Below are positions 25,842 through 37,880 of a DNA stretch of 64,000 bases, piece by piece (the first letter of the stretch is position 1; each line of letters starts with the position of its first letter). Location: NCBI RefSeq assembly GCF_009834535.1, contig NC_045697.1:8248001-8312000 (forward strand), given 5' to 3'. The notes beneath the pieces are model-generated. The model had not been told where the DNA came from. It saw nothing but the letters and a program-made list of their open reading frames with translations, and did not search any database. The stretch is from Camelus ferus. Its lineage: Eukaryota. The translations under genes and the position numbers were made by a program.

Positions 25842-27623
25842 AGCTAATCTTAGAGCATCTCCCAAGGGCACAGGGGTCTGTTTGAACTTTCTCCAGGGAC
25901 AGAGGCACTGGTGGCTGCCATTTTTGCACTCTCATTCCACCTAGCCTGTGCCGGTGCTGGCAGGCACCATTTCTGCCTTCCCTCTGCCTTGCTAGTGCCA
26001 GGGGACTTGCCCTGCCCCCATGCTCTTCCATGGCCCCCGACAGCCAGCGTGCTTGTCCTGGTCCTGGGCCCCACTGCAGTCCTGCTGAAGTTGGTGAGCT
26101 TGCCACCCGCCCCTCCACATGCCTTCCCATGGCCCCACTGCAGTCAGTGGGTTTTCCCTGTGCACACATTCTCACGTGGGTCTCCCCTTGTGGCCAGCCA
26201 CCACGTGGTCCTGCTACAGCCAGAGGGCTCCCCTCTTCCCAAGGCTCCTTGGTGGCCCTGCTGAAGCCAGTGGGGCCGCCCTGTCACCAGGCTTCCTTGC
26301 AACCCCACTAAAACCAGCAGTTACGTGCAGTCCACACAGGGGGTGCCCCTCGAGTTCTGGCTCTGGTGGCCATGGGAGCCTGTGTTTCTGGGTCTGAAAA
26401 GACTGAAACAGGCAGAGGCAGTTCGGAGGCTACCACCCCCAGGACATGACACGGACAGCAGACTGAAACACACCCCATTCTTCTTATGAAAAGGGCCTAT
26501 TTACTCGTCCTTGAGCCTCAGCCTGAGGGGCAGGTTTCAGATTTACCACACATCTAGAAGCCACGAAGAAGCTCTCAGGGAAAGTAGGTCAACTTTGCAC
26601 TCACTTCGGCCTCACTGCAGCCCACCAATACCTCCCAAGAAAGAAGCTTATACACTTTTCTGGAGCCCTGATTTTTGCAACTATTGCCAAGAGGACAACT
26701 CCACACTGCCTGGCCTGGAGGCCAGAAGGGGTTATAATGGCAGCCCCCCAGGATGTATATATTTACATAATTTAACAGCTGCTGCCTGACTGTCTGGCTT
26801 TCAATCAGCCTGAAACTAGGTGCTGACTGAGGTCTTTCCCTTTGGAACCCTGAAAGCTCTTGGCAGAATGTTGACAACTTGGACCTATCAAGAATAAATC
26901 AGGCTGCTTAGATAATCACAAAAGCTTGAGAGACAACCAAGAGCTAGGGCAAGGTTGAAAAATAAGTTTCATCCCCAATACAAGGCCACTCTTTCAAGAC
27001 TGGGAAAGGTAGCTGTTTCACCTAATACACAGAAACAAACCAGAGACAAGCTAAATGAGGAAACAGAAGAATATGTTCCAGATGAAAGAACAAGATTAAA
27101 ACCCCAGGGGCAGGTTGTAGGGGAGTCTTAGTGATGTGGAGGTAAGTAATTTACCTGATACAGACTCCAAAATAATGGTCATAAAGATGCTCTCTCAACT
27201 CGGGAGGAGGATGGATGAACACTGTGAGAATTTCAACCAAAAAAGAAAAAAAAAAAAAAAAAGGAAGAAAGCATTAAGCAGGAGTCACAGAGCTGAAGAA
27301 TACAATAACTAAATTTACAACTATCTAGACGGGTTCAGCATCAGACCAGACGAAGCAGAAGAACAGATCAGTGGCCTGGAAGTCAGGGTAATGGAGTTCA
27401 CCCAAACAGAGCAGCAACAAGTTAAATAAATCCATAAATCAATACAAATTAAAAGTAAAAAAAAATTAAGAAAAAATAATTTAAAAAAAGAGATAAACTA
27501 AGGGGCCTATGGGGACAACATTAAGAATACTAATATTTGCATTATAGGGATCCCAGACTGTTATGTTGTACAAAACTAATATAATGTTAGATACCAATTT
27601 TACCTCAGTTTAAAAAGAAAAAA
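25842..27623 (+). mobile_element. L1 5' UTR plus partial ORF1 joined to a short L1 3' tail
   Basis: GC-rich UTR; from ATG 27055 reads MRKQKNMFQMKEQD*...SNLPDTDSKIMVIKMLSQLGRRMDEHCENFN...IIGIP; 27558-27623 is an L1 3' terminus with A-tail. Confidence 0.8.
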
Positions 27624-27624
27624 C

Positions 27625-28015
27625 ATTCTTTTGGTTATATGGTGGGAGAACCATAGGAGACTGGTAGGAGGGAGACTGGTTACCAGGATCCTGCAGTTGG
27701 CTGGATGAGAGAGAATGGTGGCTTGCTCTGGAATTGAAGTTTCAGAGATAACAAGGAGTGATCAAATTCAAAGCACGTTTTAGAGCTACTATATGCTGTT
27801 AAATTGGATATAAAATATAAGGATAATAGAAAAGAATGACAGTTATTTTTTTTTCAGCTAAACTAACTGGAAACACGTAGGTTTTATTTATTGAGGTGAA
27901 GAAGGCTGAAGGATGGATTAGTCAGGAAGAGGAGTCTTTTGTTCATGTTAAGTTTGAGTTGTCTGTTAGTCAGTGAAGTATAGTATTCAGAGGAAAGTCT
28001 AAAGCCCGTGGAGAA
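27625..28015 (-). mobile_element. L2 fragment
   Basis: GATGAGAGAGAATGGTGGCTTG, TTTTGTTCATGTTAAGTTTGAGTTGTCTGTTAG. Confidence 0.7.
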
Positions 28016-28837
28016 GCATGGGTTTCCTGTATGAGAAATTCCATGATGCCTTCACCCCAAAAATCCGATTTTTAAGTGCTCTTCATTGGGCTCTTTGGGA
28101 ACTTCCAGCATACCTCTTATCCAACACTGCCATGGTTTCCTTTACCTGCCTTTCTCACCTGTCTATCAACACCCTTCAGTGACTACATTTTATTTATCTT
28201 CCCATTTCCATCACAAGATGCAGCATAGGATAATGGTGTCAGACATATCTTTTGGTGGTGAAAAATATTTTATTTAAAAATAAATGAGCATCCTTGTCAA
28301 GTAGGAAGAGCATAAGTGACTATAACCACCATCATCATCTATATTCTACAGCTGTTGAACGTGAAGTGTTAGGGACTCAGAGCTTGTCTTCTAATGTTAA
28401 CATCTTATTCTTGCCACTATATCTTGCAGAACCAGGTCTATAATAAACATAAAGTTGACTAAATTAACTTGCTTCCATAGAGTCTAAGAAGAAATATATC
28501 ATATATTTAATAGATTTTTTCAGACGTGTCAGATAGAGCAACGGAATGCCCATCCCTTACTGTCAAAGCCAACTGGTTACAGATGTTATTTGGTATTTTA
28601 TTAATATTTAATTATACTGAACTATTGAAGAAAAATATGTCATTACTGGGAAATATTATTAATGATAGCCCATATGTATTTCCATTTCAATGACCATTTT
28701 TATTCTCTTAATGTTTTAGAGTAAAAGGGCCAGTCAGTTGGACAAAGTCTTTTTTGCATTGTTTTAAAAAGAAGCTGGACTTTGAGTCACAAAATTTTAT
28801 ATACATTTCCCTGTAATTTTTCTAAAATAGAAAGTAA

Positions 28838-30164
28838 TACACTCCCTTACACCGTACACAAAAATAAACTCAAAATGGATCAAAGACTTAAACATAAGAC
28901 AAGATACAATAAACCTCCTAGAAGAAAATATAGGCAAAACATTATCTGACATACATCTCAAAAATGTTCTCCTAGAACAGTCTACTCAAGCAATAGAAAT
29001 AAAAGCAAGAATAAACAAATGGGACCTAATGAAACTTACAAGCTTCTGCACAGCAAAGGAAACCATAAGTAAAACAAAATGACAACCTACGGAATGGGAG
29101 AAAATTTTTGCAAATGAAACTGACAAAGGCTTAATCTCCAGAATATATAAGCAGCTCATACAACTTAATACGAAAAAACCAAACAACCCAATCCAAAAAT
29201 GGGCAAAAGACCTAAACAAGCAATTCTCCAAGGAAGACATACAAATGATCAATAGGCACATGAAAAAATGCTCAATATCACTAATTATCAGAGAAATGCA
29301 AATCAAAACTACAATGAGGTATCACCTCACACCGTCAGAATGACCATCATTCAAAAATCCACAAATGACAAATGCTGGAGAGGCTGTGGAGAAAAGGGAA
29401 CCCTCCTATACTGCTGGTGGGAATGCAGTTTGGTGCAGCCACTGTGGAAAACAGTATGGAGATTCCTCAAAAGACTAGGAATAGACTTACCATATGACCC
29501 AGGAATCCCACTCCAGGGCATATATCCAGAAGGAACCCTACTTCAAAATGACATCTGCACCCTGATGTTCACAGCAGCACTATTTACAATAGCCAAGACA
29601 TGGAAACAGCCTAAATGTCCATCAACGGATGACTGGATAAAGAAGAAGTGGTATATTTATACAATGGAATACTACTTAGCCATAAAAAACCGACGACATA
29701 ATGCCATTTGCAGCAACATGGATGCTCCTGGAGAACGTCATTCTAAGTGAAGTAAGCCAGAAAGAGAAAGAAAAATACCATATGAGATCGCTCATATGTG
29801 GAATCGAAAAAAAAAAATAGCATACATACAAAACAGAAACAGACTCATAGACATAGAATACAAACTTGTGGTTGCCAAGGGGGCAGGGGGTGGAAAGGGA
29901 TAGACTGGGATTTCAAAATTGTAGAATAGATAAACAAGATTATACTGTATAGCACAGGGAAATAGATACAAGCTCTTATGGTAGCTCACAGAGGGAAAAA
30001 TGTGACAATGAATGTATATATGTTCATGTATAACTGAAAAATTGTGCTCTACACTGAAATTTGACACAACATTGTAAAATGAGTATAAATCAATAAAAAA
30101 CGTTAAAAAAAACACACACACACCCAAAAAGAATATATATGAATGGCAAAAAAAAAAAAAAAAA
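28838..30164 (+). mobile_element. Young 5'-truncated L1 (ORF2 C-terminus plus 3' UTR)
   Basis: Reads LTPYTKINSKWIKDLN...[19 protein letters not shown] (stop at 29080) and [19 protein letters not shown] (CCHC knuckle with H>Y). AATAAA at 30092; TSD core AGAAAGTAA at 28829-28837 / 30168-30176. Confidence 0.97.
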
Positions 30165-30904
30165 GAAAGAAAGTAAAAATCTTATGTGGAAAATCTTGTG
30201 AGCTGTATTATTCTATTCAAGCAAACTTCATTCAACTTGGAGTAATATGTTCGGATAATAAAGGTTTTCAACATATAAATTAGATGTTTATTTTGCTTTC
30301 ATTTTTTTTCAATTCATATGTTCTCTGAAAAATTTACTAATAATGAACGTGTGTATGATTATGACCAGTAAATTACGTTATTTGCTTACGATTTTCGAAG
30401 TGGTAACTTAACAGTAACGTTAGTCTGCAGTCTGTTCCAGTTACACTTATTTGCATTAATTAATTAACCTTGGAGAAAATTTGACAGCACCACTGGGAAT
30501 ATTTTTTTTGTTATTTTTCATACCATGCTTTTTTTGGGTATTTAACTAAGTAGTTATATCTCCTGAGGCCATATAATTTAATACTCAGTGATTTCAGATA
30601 GATTTAATTAGAAATTATCAGGCCATGGTGTTTAGCAATACCTACTATAATAGCCTGCATTTTTTAAAGATTACTTTTCCTCTAAATAAATAAAGCGAGT
30701 TCCATGAAGGAAAAGTACTCTCGTGCCCCATGCCTAGAACGATGCCTGCCACATAGCACATGCGCAATAAATTTGTTTTGAATGAATGAACGGCTCATTT
30801 AGTTAAAAATTATCTTTACAGTTGGGATGATCTTGTTTCTCTTGAAAGCAGCATCACACAGTTGATCACTGCAGTGAGATAATAGCAGCCAGTTAAATCT
30901 GTAT

Positions 30905-31100
30905 AGCACTTTAGGATTAGCAATGTAATTTTTAGTTCTCAAAATGCTTTCATTCATTTGAGACTCACAGAAACCTTGTGTAGGAAAAAGAGTATTCATT
31001 CCTTAATTGTACAGTGAATTCAAGCAAGACTCCAACAAAATGAGGGACTCAGACTCAGCACATGTCTGAGCTCAAATCCATGTACTTTTGACTGTCCCAT
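30905..31100 (-). mobile_element. MIR SINE
   Basis: TCATTTGAGACTCACAGAAACCTTGTGTAGG. Confidence 0.5.
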
Positions 31101-31339
31101 CCTTAGCGACTAGAGGACGTCATGACATTAGCGTCTAGGAGGAGTCCATGATCTCCTACACGGGATGAACACATCCCGCTGTGTCTGGGTGGTGTCTCGT
31201 GGAGGGGAGAGAGTCCACCATCCGAAAGAGGTAAAGTGCTAGCAGGATGCTGAGGGAGGAACCAAGCTGGGGAGAGGGGAGGAAGGGAGTTCCAGCACAG
31301 AACTGCGACCTGTACTCCCTCTTCCAGCCCTCTCCATCT

Positions 31340-31540
31340 TCTCACCCCTCTTTTTTCTCTTAGCAGCTCTTATCACTACCTGATATTACAGCATATACTC
31401 ATGTACTTCTTGACCACCTTGCCCACTAGGATGCAAAAAGCAGGGACTCCACTGAACTTACTCACCACTGCCTCCCCAACCTTTAGAAGACACTGAGGCA
31501 CATTCTGGCACGTACTACGTATCTGTGGGATGAATGAAAG
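31340..31540 (+). mobile_element. L2 3' end
   Basis: TAGCAGCTCTTATCACTACCTGATATT...CCCACTAGGATGCAA...TGTGGGATGAATGAA. Confidence 0.75.
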
Positions 31541-33009
31541 CTGAAGGAACCCCATGTGCAGATGCAGGGTACATGACTCAGCCATGGTCCATTTGGAAAA
31601 CTGTGAGTCATTCTGTCTCCTTAGTGAGTTGAGCTTTATGAGATGCGGTTACTGGACAACTTTTGCCTGATTTACATGGAGACTTTGTATAGTACATGGA
31701 GAGGAAATTAGGGAGGCAAGATCTCTTAAGATTGGAAACAAAGGAATTGACCAAGTTTGGGCTGAATTACTTAGCATGTGAAGGTACTCAGATAGATCTT
31801 ACAAAAAATGGGTCGTCATTGATGGGTTTTAAGTAAGGGACTGACCTGACCAGATAAACCCCTTTGGTGATCTGTAGTAACTGGATTCAAAGGGAGAAGA
31901 AAGGAAGCGAGAAGACAGCATAGGTGTCATTGTGTCCCCAGGGAAGACTTGGTAAGTGCCAGAACCTGCCGGTTGGTAGGAGCCCCGACATCCCCACGCA
32001 GGCTTGCATTTCTCTGCAGCCTCTCTCTGAATTCCTTCTGCATGACTGGATCTATCTGGTCTCCTGGATACACAGCAGCGTTCCATTTTTTTCCTTCTCC
32101 CCAAGCATGGAAGGACTCAAAATATATTCCTTTTCTCACAGGTTAGACAGATTGGATTTGCCTGAAAATTGAGGAGACATGGAAATGGAAGGAAGTAGAC
32201 AAAAACACATGAGTGCTAGTTTCTGATGTAACTGAAGCCAGTTCACCCATCACAAGCTCTCTGACATCCCACCTCCCTAACCCTTTGAATTCTCAGGCCC
32301 TTCCCCATCCTCTTCCTTCATTAATTTACTTTGCCAAAGGTTTTCTTTTTTTTTAATCAGTATTTTTCCATACAAAACTGGTATTAACAAGTTTCTTTTT
32401 GTTTTGAACTTGAAGACTTCAGTGGAATAATGACTACCAGAAACAATGGTTTAAAAAAAAGCATTCCATTACTAGTAACATCATTTTCCTCAATATCTAC
32501 CGTCAGACTAGATGATCATAAAATTTTTAGTACAAATTAAGACATTTTTAAGAGGAAAAAGATGCACTATTTATAATTAGCTGGGATGATGACCATAGTC
32601 ATAGGACTTCCCCAGACAAACCAGATGTAGGTCACCCTAGTTGCAGCTAAAAACCCAACATACGGGCAGTCGCTGTATCCTCTTCCTAGGGGTGCATTTT
32701 GCAGTGAGTTTGTTTGGGAATCTTCACCCAGACATTGCAACGTGCAAAGTCTAAATATTCTTTAGTAAGAATAGTTATCCCTACTTTAAACTTTTCCATG
32801 CTATAATTATTAGTGCTTTGTTCCTTAACAGAGTTCAAATTCCTACTCTGGGTCTTCTGAATGGCATAAGAATCCTATGAGGTAGACAGGGGCAAAGGTC
32901 AATACGTGCATTTAGTAGATAAGGAAATTGGGGCTCAGAGATATCAGATCAAAAAAGTAATGCTGTCAAGAAGAAAGAACACTAACCCCAGAGTCACAGG
33001 ACGCGGCTC

Positions 33010-33290
33010 TGAGCAGGGGCGCCTTGTTTCGTTGACCACGTTGTGAGCCACAGATGCTTTAACCCACGCGCAGTGGGGTAGACGGACAGAAACTTTCATA
33101 GCAATTCAGCGAAATTATCTTTCATCTACTGAAGCTGATTTAAAAAGTCAAACTTGCATGTTACAAGTCTTATTTATCCTTTTGTTTTTCTAGTAATTCA
33201 CGTGCATTTTTGTTTACAAAAATCAGTCCGTGACAAATTAAAACCTTTAAATATAAATCCTTAACTACAGCTCATTTGGGAAAGATTAGG
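33010..33290. mobile_element. Possible hAT-Charlie non-autonomous element
   Basis: TCAGTCCGTGAC...TCCTTAACTACAGCTCATTTGGGAA resembles a Charlie-type terminus. Confidence 0.35.
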
Positions 33291-33664
33291 CTTCAGATGA
33301 TTGAGCGAACACTTAAGCACTCTGGGTTTTAGTTTCCTCACATTTAAAAGCTGAAAACAATACATCATTCCACCTCACAGCGCTGATAAAACAATTAAAA
33401 AAATAAATGAATAACTAACATTTGCATACGTCCTAATACGTCCTAAGAGTAGTGGTTTGACAACATGCTCGGTAGCGGCCCCGAGCAGCGACACGACTTC
33501 CGCAGGCAGAGGCCGGGGCTCGGAGAGTCATTTCCGCACCGCGTGCCCGCCCTACACCTCACTCCCTCTTCAGGCCGAGCAGTTTTGTTTTCAACTTTTT
33601 AAAGTACTGGTTTCTGCTTTAAGATTGCTTTTAAGGAAAGGTGTTCATTTTTTAAATTCCAACT

Positions 33665-33850
33665 TTTCTCTAGAGCATACGAAGTGCTTTCGTACCCATT
33701 ACCTCACTTAATCTTCACAACCACCACGTGACGCAGGGATTGTTATTTCACAGATGAAAGAAAAAGCTTGCGCGATGCTCAGAATCTCCGCCGGTAAGTG
33801 ATGCAGCCTGACGTCCGCCCAGCCCCTGGGTTCCGTGCCCAGGTCTCTTC
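33665..33850 (-). mobile_element. MIR SINE, CpG-enriched
   Basis: CATTACCTCACTTAATCTTCACAACCACC...ATTTCACAGATGAAAGAA. Confidence 0.75.
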
Positions 33851-34084
33851 CTGGCAGCCTGGCAAGTATAAGAGAGGCCGCCAGGGGCTGGTGTATCTTC
33901 TCTTCCTTTCTATTACTACTTTTCCTTGCAAAGTCTTGGTTCATGAAATAAAACTCTCAAAACATAAGTTCAAAGATCACCAAAAGTATATATTGTGCTC
34001 AGGAAAATCAAATTTGTATTTCCTAAGCAATAAACACAGAAATATCTCCCTATTGAGTCTTAACTGTATGTGTGTGTGTGTGTG

Positions 34085-34483
34085 TGTCATGGGATGAACT
34101 GTGTCCTCCAAAAATTTATATGGTCACGTCCTAACACCCAGGACCTCAGAATATAACCATATTTGGAAAGAGGATCTTTAATTAGATAATTAAAATGAGG
34201 TCATTAGGACCTAATCCAGTATGACTGGTGTCCTTACAAGAAGAGGAAACTGGGACACAGACACCAAAAGGGGGAAAATGATGTAAAGACACTGAGAGAA
34301 GGCAGTCATCTAAAGCCAAGGAGAGAGATCAAGCACAAATTCCTCCCTCACATCCCTTAGAAGGAACCAGCCCTACCAACACCTTGATTTCAGACCTGTC
34401 ATCTCCAGAACTGAGAACAAACATTTTTGCTCCTAAGACCCTAGTCTGTGACACTTGTTAGGCAGCCCTATCAAACTGCTACA
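34085..34483 (+). mobile_element. MLT1B-like LTR
   Basis: TGTCATGGGATGAACTGTGTCC...CCTAATCCAGTATGACTGGTGTCCTT...CTACA; flanks GTGTG/GTGAG. Confidence 0.9.
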
Positions 34484-34869
34484 GTGAGTATGTGACATCT
34501 GTAACAGCAGTGTGTGGAGCCACTTAAGTTACTCTTTATATGTCAGGTAACAAAACACATCATATTATCATCTGTACCGTATATTCAGGAAATACTCTGC
34601 TCACATTCCAACGCAAGTGAGTCACAATTTTGAGCTGCTGCTGCTTTTTTTTTTTTAATTCTTCTCAAATTCTGCCTTTTCAGAGCCATGCTGAAGCCCA
34701 TGAACAAGCATTTTGTTAACAGGAACTGAACTTTTTTTGAGGCCAGCTAGCCACATGTCTCTGGAGGCAGTGTGCCTGCCACCCGTGAGAACGTTAGAAA
34801 AACGTTTTCCTACTTGGATCTCGATATTTTATCTACAAAAGGGAGGATGAAGAGGATGATGTCTGAGGC

Positions 34870-35080
34870 AAGTGTTCTGGTTATAGGAACCTAAACTTGG
34901 AGGAGAAAAATTGAATCCAAGTCCTCCTCTGTCACTGTCTAGCTCTGTGATTTCAGGCTGGTCCCTTTGCTACCCTGAGCTTTTATTTATTACGGAAATC
35001 ACAGTGTGACTCTGAGGACAGGGAAAGGTAATAACCTTGAAAACACCTGGCACATTTAAGAATCCAAATAAAAGTTGGTT
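34870..35080 (+). mobile_element. MIR SINE
   Basis: CTCTGTCACTGTCTAGCTCTGTGATTTCAGGC...ACACCTGGCACAT. Confidence 0.65.
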
Positions 35081-36599
35081 TCATTTTCATTTCAGCTCTG
35101 AAATGATAAGACCGTAATCATTTTCATTAGATCAGATAGTATTTCAAAACATGCTTTGAACTAACTTCTAAAGTGCCAGCAAGAGTCCATACATGTGTGA
35201 AAAGTCCCTACAGTCATCCTGCATTTTAATTCCGTACCACGATGTTTTAAAAGGCAAGAACAATGTCTTCTGGACATGTCCCCGACGTGCCAGAACATGA
35301 CGTCAGTTGGTGTTAAAACTGTTCATCTTCTCCTCTAATATCCCTTTCGCTGGCTGGATATCTTGGATCTGTCAGAAGTGATTTTACTAGTAACAAGCAT
35401 CTCCCAATTCTTGGCCAATAAGAACACACTCTTCAGTTTAAAATGCTGCATTGGTTGATTATATTATAAACTCAGAAACTCTCCCCAACTTTTCTGCTAC
35501 TAGAGGTAAAGGCAGATGCCTATAATTTCAGATGAGCCAGATTGAAGGCATTAACAAATTCTCAAAGGAATGGTAAGACTCAAATGGACTCTTAATACTC
35601 ACAGCCAAGACTTTGGGACTGTCCAATGGAGACTAAAGAGTGTATCTACAGAGACCAGAGTTCTCCAGAACAGACTGGTCTCTGGAGCAGAGATGGAGGT
35701 AGAATTGAGCTGACAACTCAGAAGAAGTAAGAAATTATGGAATAATTCATCCATTCACTCAACTGATGCTTTTAAAGCATCTGTTAGATGCTCGTCACTG
35801 TTCTCCTAAGAAATGAGGGAAAGTAACTTAGCTCTTCTGCCCTTAGTCAAATTCAACAAACATGTTGATGACCTAGTGTGTAATCTGCTAGGAATAAAGA
35901 TGAATATAACCAGGGTTCTTTCCTTCGGGAATGGAAAAGTCGCTTATTACACACCTAAGGGTCAATAGAAAAATGAATGTCAAGCTACTACTTTATTAAC
36001 AGCAAAGTCAGCACCTGATAACTGACGGCAGTGCCCGCAGCTGGAGTGCAGCACCAAGGCCAGACCGCTGAGCGCCCAGCACCCCCATGAGAGCTGAACC
36101 GTGGGACGTTCCCACCTTGGACCCTCAGCAAGGGGAGGGGCATTTGTGGAAGTCCCAGAGTCCATTTACTCAGTTTCAGAGAAGCAGAGAGAGAGAGTGA
36201 AATCGAGACAGATGGAGAAACGGAGTGAAAGAGAGTGGCAGAGACATTTGAGAGACAATCGAGGAAGCCTAAAAGAGTTGTTGCTAATTTGACCAATCAG
36301 ATGAATGATTTCTCCTCCTTTATCTGAGAACTGAAGGAGAGACCCAGAGATAGCAAGGAACATTGAGGTTTCTCCTTCCTTTAGGAGTTAGAGGAAAGAG
36401 GATGGGAGACAGAGAAATGAATTAGAAAACAATTGCAATCTGCCAGGTGTGAAGGCCTCCAAAGGATGCTAACACTGTAAACGATGAGGGTGCATCTAAG
36501 AGAGATAGCATGAGAAAAAATAAACATAAATATGGAGCTTCTGAACAACGGCAGAGACTCAAAAAGATGCCAGATTTTTGAAGCCTTGTTGCCTGAGGC

Positions 36600-37510
36600 A
36601 ATGACTATTAACTTACTTAACATTTTTAAGCATCAAGTATGCACATTAACTGCACTAGACTTGCTGACTTATAGGTATAGACACAATCCCTAAGTGCAAA
36701 AAAAATGTACAGTTTTAGGCCAGGCTATATCCATAAACACACAACTGAAATATAACATGGCAATTGCTATAAAAGATGTACATGCCAGGAACCAGGCAAA
36801 TGCAGAAGGAACATCTCGCTGCAACCCCAGGATGTGAAGGAGGCTCCAGACAGAGAGAACATGTGAGCTGAGTCTTTGAAGCAGGAGAAAGGGCTGACTG
36901 AGCAAGTTGATGAGGCGAAGGAAGAGACAGTGACTTGGCCAAAGGAGAGGAATCATGGCAGAACATACCGAGTCCTGAGAACCATTTATTTATGACTCTT
37001 GAGCTCCTGCCATGGTTGGAGATACAAGAGCGCAGAGCAAATAAAAGTCTGCTGTTATGACGATTTCATTGGTTATGGGGGTGGGGCACAGACAGTAAAC
37101 AAATAAATGCATGATCGAGACATTTGTATTTTCCTAGAAAATAAAATGGGCTACTGGACTGGTTCGAGGAGACCTATTATATTTGGGTGGGGGCGGGTCG
37201 GGGAAAGCGTCTTTTGGTCATGACAGTTAAGGAAGATTCTGGCACGTAGAGATAAGAGAAAGAACACTCCAGACCAAAGGAAGTAACAAGAGCAAGTGCC
37301 CAGAGACGGAATCAACTTGGAAGATTCAAGAAATAGGTCGAAGGGCCACAGGGCTGGAGCTTGTGAGCAGAGCCCAGCCCGGAAGGAGGGACGATCAGAG
37401 ACACAGGAGCGGCCAGACCATGCAGGACCTACAGGTGTGTGACGTGGTGGGAGCGCAGAGGGAGAAGCCGGAGGAGGGCTCGGCAAGGCAGCTTGTGGAG
37501 GGCCGAGGCG
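36600..37510 (-). mobile_element. L2 fragments
   Basis: CATTCCAG-like ACACTCCAGACCAAAGGAAGTAACAAGAGCAAGTGCCCAGAG, GGCCAGACCATGCAGGACCT. Confidence 0.65.
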
Positions 37511-37516
37511 CCCCGC

Positions 37517-37880
37517 TGTGTGTGTCAGTCCAGTCGGGCTGTTGTAACAGACTACAACACACTGGATGGCTCATGAGCAACAGAAATGGTTTTTTACAGC
37601 TGTGGAGGCCGGGAAGCTAAGATCAAGGTGTCAGAGGATTCAGTGTTTGATGGAGACCTGCTTCCTCACAGACAGCCACTTTCTCACTGTGACTTCACAT
37701 GGAGAGGGCTGAAACATCTTCCTGGGGGTCTGTCTTCTCAGGGCCCTAATCTCATTCAGGAGGGCTCTGCTGCCATGACCTCCTCACCTCCCAAAGGTCC
37801 CACCTCCTCACACCATCACCTTGGGGGTTAGAATTTCAACACATGAATTTGAGGGGGACATAAACATTCAGTCCATTGTA
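37517..37880 (-). mobile_element. MLT1A-like LTR
   Basis: AAGATCAAGGTGTCAG, CCTCCCAAAGGTCCCACCTCCT, TTTCAACACATGAATTTGAGGGGGACATAAACATTCAGTCCAT. Confidence 0.9.

Noticed and set aside
29268..29750. 160-aa ORF as a gene
   Set aside because: A frameshifted piece of L1 ORF2 in a 5'-truncated copy.
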